Source of the DNA: Gallionellaceae bacterium
Lineage (GTDB): Bacteria > Pseudomonadota > Gammaproteobacteria > Burkholderiales > Gallionellaceae
Direction: 5' to 3'
NCBI GenBank assembly: GCA_041660815.1
Contig: JBAZVN010000013.1
Span: forward strand, 6,662 to 70,661
Length of the DNA stretch: 64,000 nucleotides
Numbering within the stretch: the stretch's first letter is position 1; every line of letters begins with the position of its first letter. The translations under genes and the position numbers were made by a program. Positions 53,261-62,935 of the stretch are shown here, one piece after another. Below the pieces are notes generated by a model that did no database searches, was not told the DNA's origin, and saw only the letters and a list, made by a program, of their open reading frames with translations.

Positions 53261-55280
53261 TGGGTGAAGAGCCGGCTCCTGGGGGCGGCTCGAAATCGAT
53301 CATGGGAATGACGCCTGTAGATTGGCTTTCATTGGTCGGCGACGCGGATGTTTGTTGAGTGGAGGTTTGCTGCGTGTTTGCTGAACTGCTTGCCGATTGA
53401 TTCGGTTGCGCTAACGGCGGTGTAAAATTTCTGCCACGCTGGAATCTGGGGTTGAATTGGGGCGCGGTATTGGGGGCGGCGGGTGCCGCTACAGTGGGTG
53501 CTGCGCTGGGCGCAGCGGTGGCTGCACGCTGTCCGGATTCTGCTCCTGTTGAATATTGGGTTAATTCAGCACTCGGGCGCATCAGGTTGTGCAGTACAAC
53601 CGGGGTGATGGCCAAAATAATCTCGGTTTTATCGGAAGAATTGAGCTCGTTAGCAAATAATCTTCCCAAAACTGGAATGTCTCCCAAGCCCGGTAAACGG
53701 CTGGACGAACTTCTTTCTTCATCACGAATTAACCCCGCCAACACTTGGGTTTCCCCGTCACGGATGGTTAAAACGGTACTGGTGTTGCGCGTGCCGATAT
53801 CATAAAACCCTTTATTTACAGTACTTTGCGTCGCAGTGCTAACTTCCAGATTAACTTTAACCACCACGTCGTCGTCCAGCATCACTTGCGGTTCCACTTC
53901 CAGTTTAAGTCCGACATCCAGATAGGTTACATTCTGTGTGGAAACATTGGCGGTGGTACTCATGTTAGTGGTGACAATGGGCAGACGGTCACCAATGTGG
54001 ATTTTGGCCTTTTCCCGATTGCGCACGCGAATTCTGGGATTGGCCAGCATGTTGGAAACGCCATCGGTATTTTTTAAATTTAACGCACCGATTGCCCCGG
54101 GCAGCGAAGACGATACACCATCAATTCCCACGTTGATGCCGGAGGGGCCGAGTTTACTCAGTGCTTGTAATGTGATCGGATTGCCGACGCCAAGCGCAAC
54201 CTGGCTGGGCAGGGATAAACCCAGTTCGCTAAGTTTGGAGCGTTTAACTTCAATGACATCAATGGCTAACATCACTTCGGGTTCGGCTTGATCGTGTGCC
54301 TGTATCAGTTTTTCCGCCATATCGACGGCTTCCTGATTATCCCGAACCACCAACAAATTGCGTTTTTCGTCTACAAATACTTCTTTGGTTTTAAGGATGG
54401 TTTTGAGCATGGATTGCAGTTGTTTGGCATCTGCATACGCTAGGAAGAAATTGCGCACCACCAAGTCTTGGTACTCGCTAATTTTTTGCTGCGTCTTTTG
54501 GTAAATAAATAGGGTTTTCGAATTCACTATTTTTTTGGTTAGCTGTTGGGACATGAGCAAAGCATCAATAGCTTCTTCGATCGTGACGTTTTTAATCAAT
54601 ATGGTTGTTTTTGAATCGCGGCGAATATCCCGATCCAGAATAAAGTTGACACCCGATGAATGCCAAATTGCGTCAAACACATCTTTCAGATTTGCTTCGT
54701 TGAATTCAAGCGAGATATTTTTTTTAAATTCGGGGCCAAGCGCAAGTGTGGGGGGCTGGTTTTTAAGTTGCCTTGCCGTAATTTTTCTCATTAAATCAAT
54801 GGCTTTTTTGTGGGCGGGCTCTTCCAGTAAAATTCCCTGTAGCTGACGTTCCGCTCCCGGCATATCGCCCCCCCGAAATAACTCTTCGGCTTGCGCGTAG
54901 CGTGTTTGGCGGTTGTTGAGTTCGGTTAAATTCCGCAGCCCTTTTTTGGCCAGAGAATTAGCCGGATCAAGAGCGAGTAGGCGGCTATAGATATTGTTGG
55001 CGTCCAGAAGGCGATCCATCTCAATCGCAATTTTGGCTTCGCGTAACAGCCGTTCGGCAACTGTCGCGCGGTTGCGCATCAGCGCAGCTTTGGCACCGTC
55101 GAATGCGGGTTCTTTTTTGGCCAGCTTATCCAGCGAGCTTAGTCCCTCTTCATATTGCCCGGCACTAATTGAAGCTTCGGCTTTTTTAACGGGATCGGCA
55201 GGGGTGCTGCAAGCGGTGAAAAACGGCGCAATAACCAGCGCAAGAAAAATGAATTTTACGGAGGAATTGAAAAATATCAT
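53250..55280 (-). CDS. Secretin (GspD/PilQ superfamily), a lipoprotein with a TPR-like N-terminal extension and a low-complexity C-terminal tail
   Basis: The lipobox is FFTAC. About 170 aa of helical TPR-like region follow. The secretin core includes LANPRIRVRNREKAKIHIGDRLPIV and GETQVLAGLIRDEERSSSSRLPGLGDIPVLGRLF. An ~100-aa A/P/S/T/Q-rich tail ends the protein. Confidence 0.9.
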   Translation of the reverse strand: MIFFNSSVKFIFLALVIAPFFTACSTPADPVKKAEASISAGQYEEGLSSLDKLAKKEPAFDGAKAALMRNRATVAERLLREAKIAIEMDRLLDANNIYSRLLALDPANSLAKKGLRNLTELNNRQTRYAQAEELFRGGDMPGAERQLQGILLEEPAHKKAIDLMRKITARQLKNQPPTLALGPEFKKNISLEFNEANLKDVFDAIWHSSGVNFILDRDIRRDSKTTILIKNVTIEEAIDALLMSQQLTKKIVNSKTLFIYQKTQQKISEYQDLVVRNFFLAYADAKQLQSMLKTILKTKEVFVDEKRNLLVVRDNQEAVDMAEKLIQAHDQAEPEVMLAIDVIEVKRSKLSELGLSLPSQVALGVGNPITLQALSKLGPSGINVGIDGVSSSLPGAIGALNLKNTDGVSNMLANPRIRVRNREKAKIHIGDRLPIVTTNMSTTANVSTQNVTYLDVGLKLEVEPQVMLDDDVVVKVNLEVSTATQSTVNKGFYDIGTRNTSTVLTIRDGETQVLAGLIRDEERSSSSRLPGLGDIPVLGRLFANELNSSDKTEIILAITPVVLHNLMRPSAELTQYSTGAESGQRAATAAPSAAPTVAAPAAPNTAPQFNPRFQRGRNFTPPLAQPNQSASSSANTQQTSTQQTSASPTNESQSTGVIPMIDFEPPPGAGSSPNEP

Positions 55281-55813
55281 GGCAACAAAAGCCCGGTAGA
55301 CAAAGTCTGGGTAACGCCCAGAGGCAGATAAGTGATTGTAATATAAGATTGTTCGATTTTCTTAATCAAGTATGTTCCATTGATGGTGTCACCTTGCTGG
55401 ACGCGATGCATTTTATTGTTCTCCGTAAGGAAAATTGTGGTCACATTATCGTCGGAGTAACGACCGGCAAATACAAAGGGCAACGGCGGAATAACAATGG
55501 CCGGAGCGGGAGCCGGGGGAGGTGGCGGGGCAGCAACCGGAGCGTGTTGAATTACCGGCGGTGCAAGTGGTGCCCAACTTTGTTGAGGGAAAAGATTCGT
55601 AATCGTGGAGGTATTCGAGGCCGAATTTTTCGGTAGCAGCGGTTTGAATAACAGCGGCACTTTGTTGGAGTCTGTTTGGCTTTCGCGTGAAGGAGAGAGA
55701 GTGGATTCTGTCGATGTAATATCATCTTCCACCGGCCAAAGCGTGGCCAGTACGGTGAGCAAGAGCAGCACACCGATAGAAATTTGACGTTTATTAAATC
55801 GATTTATAGGCAT
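55277..55813 (-). CDS. Bitopic protein with a Pro-rich linker and a PilP/GspC-HR-like C-terminal beta domain (tentative)
   Basis: The TM segment is ISIGVLLLLTVLATLW and the Pro-rich stretch is APPPPPAPAPA. The C-terminus is FVFAGRYSDDNVTTIFLTENNKMHRVQQGDTINGTYLIKKIEQSYITITY. The gene sits immediately upstream of the secretin. Confidence 0.5.
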   Translation of the reverse strand: MPINRFNKRQISIGVLLLLTVLATLWPVEDDITSTESTLSPSRESQTDSNKVPLLFKPLLPKNSASNTSTITNLFPQQSWAPLAPPVIQHAPVAAPPPPPAPAPAIVIPPLPFVFAGRYSDDNVTTIFLTENNKMHRVQQGDTINGTYLIKKIEQSYITITYLPLGVTQTLSTGLLLP

Positions 55814-55821
55814 AGCGGATT

Positions 55822-56367
55822 TTAGAGGCGGGGTTGTTCCGGCTGTGAAAAATACAGGATGAATTCTATGGTAGTGTCCAAGCGTACCTCGGAGATTTTC
55901 TGGCGCCCCAAGGCTATTTTGGTGATAGCCAGCGTGGGTAAATTACTGCTGATTTCTTCCAGAAAAAGTCGTAAATTGGTGTATTCCCCTTCGGTTTTAA
56001 CTGTAATTCTAAGTTGCTGAATTTGTCCGGTTTGATTGGGCGACGGGTGATATTCGCTGTTTTTTAGAGACAAATGATGCTGTGCGGCCAGTTTATGCAG
56101 TTGGTTAAGCGCGTTATTTAGCTCTTCGCGAGTTGGTATTTTATCAATAAAATCATTGAGTTGTTGATGTGTGCCGGATACTGCGCGAGGTTCGCGCAAT
56201 AAATCCTGCATGGCGTTAATTTCAAGTTCAATGGCATCGTTTTCGTTTTGTTGCGGCGCTGTAAGAGAGATGAAGGTAATTAACGCAGCACCGATAAGCG
56301 ATACACCCAGACCGCCGACCCAGCCGATCAGGTGAGGAATTCGAGATAGAGTGTGCATTAATGACAT
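55822..56367 (-). CDS. Bitopic inner-membrane assembly protein (PilO/GspM-like, tentative)
   Basis: 181 aa with a single N-terminal TM (LIGWVGGLGVSLIGAALITFISL), a coiled-coil-like segment and an alpha/beta periplasmic domain. The call rests on position in the gene order. Confidence 0.45.
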   Translation of the reverse strand: MSLMHTLSRIPHLIGWVGGLGVSLIGAALITFISLTAPQQNENDAIELEINAMQDLLREPRAVSGTHQQLNDFIDKIPTREELNNALNQLHKLAAQHHLSLKNSEYHPSPNQTGQIQQLRITVKTEGEYTNLRLFLEEISSNLPTLAITKIALGRQKISEVRLDTTIEFILYFSQPEQPRL

Positions 56368-56371
56368 AGCT

Positions 56372-56911
56372 CTACTTCGCCCAATTCAGCTGTAAATCAA
56401 ATGAAACAACGATAGGGACAGTGCTTACATTCAGCTTGTCGTTGGACAGATGAATATTTTTGAACATCGGGCTATCCGACAGCGCTGCAGAAAATGCGCT
56501 CAAGCGGGGGAAGTCTTTGGCTTCGCCCGAAATTCTTAATTCCCGTTTGTTGGAGTCCGCCTTGATAGAAAGCAGAGCAACATCATCTGCCTGGGCATTA
56601 CGCGCCGTTTCCAATGCGCTAAAAATTTCCCCCCAGGGTGTTTGAAGCTGGGTGTAAGCAAGATTGGCCTGCGCAATTTCATTTTCCAGCGCAAGTGGAG
56701 TTGATGCTTTGCGGGAATTTAATCCGGCGTTATTTTGCAACTGGGATGACTTTTCCTGAAGGTCCGAATTTAGGCTGAGTTGTTGGCGATAATCGGCAAC
56801 CGCAAAACCAAAAACGGTTACACCAATAATCAAAATTGTACTGCCCAAAAGCGGGTTCCACGTTTGCAGAGAAACTTGTTTGGCGGCAAAGTTGAGGGTG
56901 AGATTCGGCAT
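56372..56911 (-). CDS. Bitopic inner-membrane assembly protein (PilN/GspL C-terminal-like, tentative)
   Basis: 179 aa with a short cytoplasmic N-terminus, a TM (LLGSTILIIGVTVFGFAV), a coiled coil and a periplasmic domain. Confidence 0.45.
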   Translation of the reverse strand: MPNLTLNFAAKQVSLQTWNPLLGSTILIIGVTVFGFAVADYRQQLSLNSDLQEKSSQLQNNAGLNSRKASTPLALENEIAQANLAYTQLQTPWGEIFSALETARNAQADDVALLSIKADSNKRELRISGEAKDFPRLSAFSAALSDSPMFKNIHLSNDKLNVSTVPIVVSFDLQLNWAK

Positions 56912-56915
56912 AAGA

Positions 56916-57704
56916 TTAATCTGGCGAACTTAAAGTAAAATTACTCGCGCGGGGCCATGCTTCGCCGGATTGCACACTGTGCCAGGGAGCTTTCAGCTTT
57001 AGTTGATTTCCAGAATAGGTGAAAATATGCACCAAGCCCGGAGGATGTTCTAACAAAGCGGACTGGCGGTCAAGAAACAATTGAGCACTTGATTCGCGTT
57101 GATTATCGTCAAACGGCTGGGAATGTAAGTGAACTAAATTCCCTTGCTTTATCCGTGCTACCAGCAATACTTCCGGCTCTTCAAATAACAGCCAGCCATC
57201 AAGCTGTCGGATGGTTTTTTCGTGTTTATTCCACATGCTGACAAACCATGGTTCAAGGCTGTTTAGCCGGTATTTGCAATCCACGGAGATTTGTTGCGCG
57301 GCAGATAATAATAAAGGATTTATTCCGGCGACCAGTAATTGTTCGCCATGCCGGGTTAAGCGCAGCGGCCAGTCAAGCGCATCGGGGAATTGCTCATTAA
57401 ACTGGGCTCTTGCCAAAGAGGCAGATTCGGCGTCGCTGAGATTCATCTTGCCTAGCGCAACAAGATCGTAGCGTACCCACTTATCCGAAAAGGCGATATT
57501 TAATGCACCACTAAGTTGGTTTTTTATTATTAATTCGCGGGTTGCAGTCGCAGCCCAGTCAATTGGATTTACTTCAGAATCTACTTCATTTTGCTCGTTT
57601 TGCACTTCCAGTAAAGCTTCAGAAATTTTTAAAAAACGGCGTTGTCGGCTGTTTATCGTCACCCGCTGCGGCATGAGCTGAATATGAAGTGAACTTCCAA
57701 ACAT
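56916..57704 (-). CDS. Cytoplasmic assembly protein (PilM/GspL N-terminal-like, tentative)
   Basis: 262 aa with no TM or signal peptide. It is the first gene of the minus-strand unit, 4 nt upstream of the PilN-like gene. No ATP-binding motifs are recognisable. Confidence 0.4.
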   Translation of the reverse strand: MFGSSLHIQLMPQRVTINSRQRRFLKISEALLEVQNEQNEVDSEVNPIDWAATATRELIIKNQLSGALNIAFSDKWVRYDLVALGKMNLSDAESASLARAQFNEQFPDALDWPLRLTRHGEQLLVAGINPLLLSAAQQISVDCKYRLNSLEPWFVSMWNKHEKTIRQLDGWLLFEEPEVLLVARIKQGNLVHLHSQPFDDNQRESSAQLFLDRQSALLEHPPGLVHIFTYSGNQLKLKAPWHSVQSGEAWPRASNFTLSSPD

Positions 57705-57832
57705 TTAATGAGTTAAAACCGGAAGATTAAGTTGCCGGTATTATATAAGGAAGGTGTGAAATAAAAAATTTTTCTATGTTGAGATTACAGTGTCTCTTTT
57801 AATTAAACTTTTTTTCGTTGTATAGTTCGGCC

Positions 57833-58321
57833 ATGCTCAAACAATCTTCCAATTTTCGCCCCAACGGTTTCAGCCTGATTGAGTTAATGGCAGTGTTGGT
57901 AATTCTGTCAATTTTGGCTGCAACAGCCATGCCGATGGCGCAGTTAGTGGCCAAGCGCGGCAAAGAGCAAGAGTTACGTCACGATTTGCGGCAGATGCGA
58001 GATGCGATTGATGCGTATAAGCGCGCTTGGGATGAGGGGCGCATTACCCGAAAAGTAGGGGAGACAGGTTATCCGCCCACGCTGGATATTCTGGCCAAAG
58101 GTGTCGAAGATATTCGCGATCCCAAGAAAACTAAAATCTATTTTTTACGCCGTATTCCAACCGACCCGATGGCAGGCAAAGGCTTGGTCGAGGCGGAAAG
58201 CTGGAAAACGCGCAGTTACCTCAGTCCGCCTGACGAGCCAAAATCCGGTGAAGATGTATATGACGTTCTTTCGAGAAGCGAAGACGTTGGCTTGAATGGG
58301 ATTCCCTATAAAAAATGGTAG
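57833..58321 (+). CDS. GspG-like pseudopilin (second divergent copy)
   Basis: MLKQSSNFRPNG/FSLIELMAVLVILSILAATAMP is followed by ELRHDLRQMRDAIDAYKRAWDEG...YPPTLDIL and RIPTDPM. I prefer the ATG at 57833 to the TTG at 57818. Confidence 0.75.
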   Translation: MLKQSSNFRPNGFSLIELMAVLVILSILAATAMPMAQLVAKRGKEQELRHDLRQMRDAIDAYKRAWDEGRITRKVGETGYPPTLDILAKGVEDIRDPKKTKIYFLRRIPTDPMAGKGLVEAESWKTRSYLSPPDEPKSGEDVYDVLSRSEDVGLNGIPYKKW

Positions 58322-59178
58322 CACTGCGAGCAATTTTATTAGTTGGATTGCTATGTTTAATTCCGATAAACGGTTACGCCGGGAGTATTGCTTTTCGGCT
58401 TGATTTAGCCGGCCCGGTTTTAACCCTGACGCACTTGGGCGACAGTTCGGCTTTTTATCCTATGGTTTTCAGAATGCTCCCTGATGGCCGGTGGGAGTCT
58501 TTATCCTCTGCTGAAAAAACAAAAAATCCGGCTGAAATGACTCCCGGTACGCGCTTGGATTGGAATTGGTCAGTGCGTCCGGCGCATGAAAAATTCTCTG
58601 AAATTTCGCGTATTCAACCGATGATGGTGCGTTTTTTCGATCAGGCGGGTGTGAGCTTTGGGCAGATTTCTTTTTTTCAACAGCCGCCCGTGGCGCAAGT
58701 GAATTTGCATACGCAATATAGGGATGCTGAATTGCAGATTTCCGCTCCGCAAAATTCCTCGGTGCTTCAGGCTTCCTGGCTGTTGTGGCCGCAGGAAGAG
58801 GGCATAAGCAGTATTGATCGGGCAGTTAATTTCACCCAGCAACAGCCTGACGCGGCCTTTTTTGACTGGAAAAATAGTGAATTAAAACAGTATGTTGCGA
58901 CTGGACTTGGACAGCCTGCAGCGGTGTTGCTGCATCAAACGCCGCAGGGTTACCGCATTCAATTTATTCAGGGCGGAGGATTGCAGGGGCGACAGCAACG
59001 CTCGGCTTGGCTGGTGGCGGGAAGCTGGTTTTATGGATTGGGAGTAAGTTTGGCGGTGATGGCGACTGTGCTATTTTTGTTTGCACGGTTTATGCGGAAG
59101 CCGCTTCAATCTCAATCCCAAACGCTTCCGTTAAATTTGAAAAATCGGGTGCGTAAAAATAAAAGGGGCAAGCGCTGA
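58315..59178 (+). CDS. Hypothetical exported protein with a C-terminal membrane anchor
   Basis: The signal peptide is MVALRAILLVGLLCLIPINGYAG. The C-terminal TM is WLVAGSWFYGLGVSLAVMATVLFLF, followed by a basic tail. The gene is coupled on both sides (ATGGTAG and TGATG overlaps). Confidence 0.6.
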   Translation: MVALRAILLVGLLCLIPINGYAGSIAFRLDLAGPVLTLTHLGDSSAFYPMVFRMLPDGRWESLSSAEKTKNPAEMTPGTRLDWNWSVRPAHEKFSEISRIQPMMVRFFDQAGVSFGQISFFQQPPVAQVNLHTQYRDAELQISAPQNSSVLQASWLLWPQEEGISSIDRAVNFTQQQPDAAFFDWKNSELKQYVATGLGQPAAVLLHQTPQGYRIQFIQGGGLQGRQQRSAWLVAGSWFYGLGVSLAVMATVLFLFARFMRKPLQSQSQTLPLNLKNRVRKNKRGKR

Positions 59179-61877
59179 TGCGAGCATTTATCTTGAGACT
59201 GCGGCAGTTATTGCCCGGTTTTGCTGAGATAATAGTCGTCTCAGCTTTTGCCGCCCTCATCGCCGCCACGCTCGGGATTCAATTTTTAAATTCCGCCAAT
59301 TGGCCGACCGGTGGGGATGCCGCTTCGCATTTGTTGTATGTTTGGCTGTACGCAAATGAATTGCTCTTTTCTGGTGATCTCACGCCTTGGGTCACCGAGG
59401 TATTTGGCGGCTTGCCGTTTCTTTCCTATTATTTTCCGTTGCCGTTTATTTCAATCGCTTTGCTCTCCAAAATTATCGGCATCGCTCCTGCCTTTAAATG
59501 GGGGGTATTTTTGGCGACGTTGCTGCTGCCTGGGGCAGTGTTTGTCGCCAGTCGGCGCTGGTTAAATTTCTCATGGCAGGCAGCTTTGTTCGGGGCGCTG
59601 GGGGCACTTGCATTTTTACTCCATGAGCAAAATTCGATCTGGGGTGGCAACCTGCTTTCAACTCTCTCGGGTGAATTTTCTTATAGCTACGGTTTGCTTT
59701 TTGCCGTGCTGGCAATGTTGGCTTGGTCGCGTACCGTTTCATCGGGTAAAGGCTGGATTCTCGCCGGTGTGCTGGAAGCGGCCTGCGGTTTTTCACATGG
59801 CTTCCCGCTTCTGGTGGTTGGATTTTCAACGCTGTTACTGTTACTCGATAGCCGGAATATTCGCCACACTTTTGCGCTGCTGTTGCGCGGCCATGTGTTG
59901 GCATTTTGTTTGCTGGGCGGCTGGCTGTGGCCGATGCTGGAGATGCACAGTCTCACGATTCCTAATGACGCCTCATTCCCGGTGGAAACCTGGCGTGATT
60001 TATTGCCGGCGACACTTTGGCCAATCTTGGCGGGCGGCGTATCGGGTGCGCTGATGTTACTGAACCCTGCGGTGCGCAGCGCCTTGAGTGCCGAACAGGC
60101 ACGGGCGCTACGGTATTTGATCGGCGGGGCAGGGCTGGCGTGTGTGGGATTTATTGCCGGTGATCAGATGGGTTTGGCTGATATCCGCTTTTTCCCGCTG
60201 ACGTGGTTATTGGGCGCGATTGTGTGCGGTTGGCTGTTTGGGCATGCGTTGGCGCATCTGGGTAACCCTACAGAATTCACTGGAAATATTCCGCGAGTAT
60301 TACTGGCTATGGCAGCAGTGCTGGCCTTGTTGGGGTGGTTTAGCGGACAAATTCGCAAGGCACCCGATTGGGCGCTGTGGAATCACTCGGGATTGGAGGC
60401 CAAGCCGCAATGGCATAATTTAAGTCAGCTTTTTCCGGCGCTGACCGGCAATCAGTGGAGTCCGCGTTTAGTATTTGAGCACGATCCGGCGAATAGCGAT
60501 ATTGGCTCAACCCGTTCGCTGGAAGCGTTGCCCATGTTCCTCAATCATCGTCCGGTGTTGGAAGGGCTGTATATGGAATCGGCGTTGTTGGGGCCGGCAA
60601 TTTATCAGCTGCAATCGGAAATTTCCACGCGTCCTTCTTCACCCTTGGTGCGTTTCCCGAGCGGCAGTTTGGATGTGCCATTTGCCGCGCAACACATGAA
60701 TTTTTTGCATGCAGATACCCTGTTGTTGCGTAGCGGTGGTGCCAAAAATGCCATTGAAAATAGCGGATTATTTATAAAAACCGGTGAATCTTTGCCGTTC
60801 GCTGTGTATCAATTAAAAGCGTTTGATAGCCATTTAATTGAAATCGTCAAACAGCCCTTGCGCATCATTCCCAAGCAAGATTGGATGCAGGATGCCTTCG
60901 CCTGGTTTCGCACGCGCAGTCGCTTTGAGGCTTATCTGCCGGTTTATGGTGAGGATAAAAATCTGGCAAACATTGCGCCTGGAAAGACGGAGGGCAAGGT
61001 AGCCGAAACATCACTTAAGCGTCACGAGTTGATTTTTAACACCACCGCCATCGGGCATCCGCACTTGATAAAAATGGCGTATCACCCGCGCTGGCAATTA
61101 GCTTCAAAAGGCAGTCTACATATTGCCGGTCCGGGCTATATGTTGGTGGTGCCTCAAGAGTCGGAAATTCGTCTGTTTTTTGGTCATACGTTGATTGGGC
61201 AAGCCGGAATGATTGCGTCAACCAGTGCCCTGATTTTTCTAATGTTTAAGCTGTTTGGGCGAGTGCCCGCCGGAGCCTATTTTGGGGCTCGAGTATTTCG
61301 CCGTAGGGTGCGCTCCGCGCACCATGTTGCATGGAATACCCCCTATGAAAACTTGGCAATCCCCGACCGCCTCCCCCTTAGCCAAAGGGGGATTGAAGGG
61401 GATTTATTGCCCGTTGAAATGACGCCTCCTGGCAAAGAAACCAATACAATGTGGCGAATGGTCGCAGCATGGATCTTATTGATTATATTAGGTATTTATT
61501 TCGGATTGCGTTCGCCGGAAGCCGTCTACAGCCAAGCCTGGGTTGAAATGCGCGCGAATCGTTATGTGAAAGCCAGTGAGTTATTTGAACGCGCTTATCA
61601 GCTGCGGCGCCCACCAGCCAAAAAAGAAGAGGCCCTATTTTGGTTGGCAAAATCCAGTGAATTGGCCGGATTACCCGGTGTGGCAAAGATTCATTACTTG
61701 GCGCTCACCGAGCATTATCACGGCTACTGGTTGCCGGAAAGTTTATATACCCTCGCAATGCTGGAGCAACAATCCGGGCAGTTGGCAGAAATGGCCGAGC
61801 ACGTCAAACGCTTGCGCGAGGAGTATCCCAATAACAGTTGGACGCAAAAACTGGTGGGGAATTTCAAAAATCTTTGA
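59178..61877 (+). CDS. Large polytopic membrane protein with a periplasmic domain and C-terminal TPR (GT-C-like glycosyltransferase candidate)
   Basis: 899 aa with more than 10 hydrophobic helices in the first ~430 aa. A soluble domain follows, then a late TM (WRMVAAWILLIILGIYFGL) and TPR-like helices (YVKASELFERAYQL...ALFWLAKSSELAG...SLYTLAMLEQQSG). The function is inferred from architecture and the GtrA/GtrB neighbours only. Confidence 0.45.
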   Translation: MRAFILRLRQLLPGFAEIIVVSAFAALIAATLGIQFLNSANWPTGGDAASHLLYVWLYANELLFSGDLTPWVTEVFGGLPFLSYYFPLPFISIALLSKIIGIAPAFKWGVFLATLLLPGAVFVASRRWLNFSWQAALFGALGALAFLLHEQNSIWGGNLLSTLSGEFSYSYGLLFAVLAMLAWSRTVSSGKGWILAGVLEAACGFSHGFPLLVVGFSTLLLLLDSRNIRHTFALLLRGHVLAFCLLGGWLWPMLEMHSLTIPNDASFPVETWRDLLPATLWPILAGGVSGALMLLNPAVRSALSAEQARALRYLIGGAGLACVGFIAGDQMGLADIRFFPLTWLLGAIVCGWLFGHALAHLGNPTEFTGNIPRVLLAMAAVLALLGWFSGQIRKAPDWALWNHSGLEAKPQWHNLSQLFPALTGNQWSPRLVFEHDPANSDIGSTRSLEALPMFLNHRPVLEGLYMESALLGPAIYQLQSEISTRPSSPLVRFPSGSLDVPFAAQHMNFLHADTLLLRSGGAKNAIENSGLFIKTGESLPFAVYQLKAFDSHLIEIVKQPLRIIPKQDWMQDAFAWFRTRSRFEAYLPVYGEDKNLANIAPGKTEGKVAETSLKRHELIFNTTAIGHPHLIKMAYHPRWQLASKGSLHIAGPGYMLVVPQESEIRLFFGHTLIGQAGMIASTSALIFLMFKLFGRVPAGAYFGARVFRRRVRSAHHVAWNTPYENLAIPDRLPLSQRGIEGDLLPVEMTPPGKETNTMWRMVAAWILLIILGIYFGLRSPEAVYSQAWVEMRANRYVKASELFERAYQLRRPPAKKEEALFWLAKSSELAGLPGVAKIHYLALTEHYHGYWLPESLYTLAMLEQQSGQLAEMAEHVKRLREEYPNNSWTQKLVGNFKNL

Positions 61878-61948
61878 CTGCCTAGCGTCATGGTCATTGG
61901 GATAGAATAGAGGGCACCCTAGAATCAATTAGTTAATGCTATTCAGCC

Positions 61949-62902
61949 ATGACTCAAATAAATATTGCCAGTTCAGCGCCAATCACTCCCGAAATCAGTA
62001 TTCTTATCCCCGCTTTTAATGAGGCACAGGGGATTCTGACTTTTCTTGAGCGGTTGTTTGCAATGATGAATTCGGTTTGCCTGAATTTTGAAATCTGGGT
62101 GATTGATGACGGCAGCAGCGATGCGACTTGGGGCCAACTGAGTGCCGCCCAAGCACATTATCCGCAATTGCACGGGGTGCGATTTACGCGTAACTTTGGA
62201 AAAGAGGCGGCGATTTTGGCGGGCTTGCGTCATGCGCAGGGCAAAGCGGTGATTGTGATGGATGCGGACGGTCAACATCCGGTCGAGATTTTGCCGGACA
62301 TGATTAATTTATGGCGCAACGGTAAAGCGCAAATAGTGGCTGGGCAAAAGGCTTCCCGAGTGATTGAAAGTTTTAAGTCTAGAGTAAATTCTTTTGTATT
62401 CAATAAGTTGATGAGAGCCTTGACCGGCTTAGACCTCTCCAATGCTTCTGATTTTAAACTGTTGGATCGGCATGTGGTGGAGGTTATGTTGGCATTCCCC
62501 GAGAAAGTGCGATTTTTTCGCGGAATGACGGTGTGGACGGGTTTTAATACGCACTTTATCAGTTTTGATGTTTCTCCCCGTTTGGCCGGCAACAGTCATT
62601 GGAGCAATGCCCAATTGATGCAGCTGGCGGTAACCGCGATCACTTCGTTTAGCGCCAAGCCCTTGGGCCTGGTATTACGCTTGGGTTTTTTGGGCATGAT
62701 TGCCGCCTTTTTATTACTTATTCAGGCGATATACTCCTGGTTTGCGGGCATTGCGATTTCCGGATGGACTTCGCTTACGGTGGTGGTATTATTTTTCGGC
62801 TCGGCAAATTTAATGGCGATCGGAATTTTGGGCGCGTATCTCGCGCAGTTATTTAACGAGATTAAAGCCAGGCCGGAATTTTTAGTACGCGAGCAGTTTT
62901 GA
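61949..62902 (+). CDS. GT2-family polyprenyl-phosphate glycosyltransferase (GtrB/ArnC/DPM1-like)
   Basis: ISILIPAFNEAQGI, VIDDGSSDAT, VVMDADGQHP (DXD). Two C-terminal TM helices (LGFLGMIAAFLLLIQAIY and LTVVVLFFGSANLMAIGILGAYL) are typical of the GtrB class. Confidence 0.8.
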   Translation: MTQINIASSAPITPEISILIPAFNEAQGILTFLERLFAMMNSVCLNFEIWVIDDGSSDATWGQLSAAQAHYPQLHGVRFTRNFGKEAAILAGLRHAQGKAVIVMDADGQHPVEILPDMINLWRNGKAQIVAGQKASRVIESFKSRVNSFVFNKLMRALTGLDLSNASDFKLLDRHVVEVMLAFPEKVRFFRGMTVWTGFNTHFISFDVSPRLAGNSHWSNAQLMQLAVTAITSFSAKPLGLVLRLGFLGMIAAFLLLIQAIYSWFAGIAISGWTSLTVVVLFFGSANLMAIGILGAYLAQLFNEIKARPEFLVREQF

Positions 62903-62935
62903 TTGATGAATTAAGCAGATATTGGGGACAACTAT

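Noticed and set aside
52673-53311. 212-aa + strand ORF
   Set aside because: It is antisense to the two pseudopilin genes, which carry clear prepilin leaders. It has no RBS or domain features.
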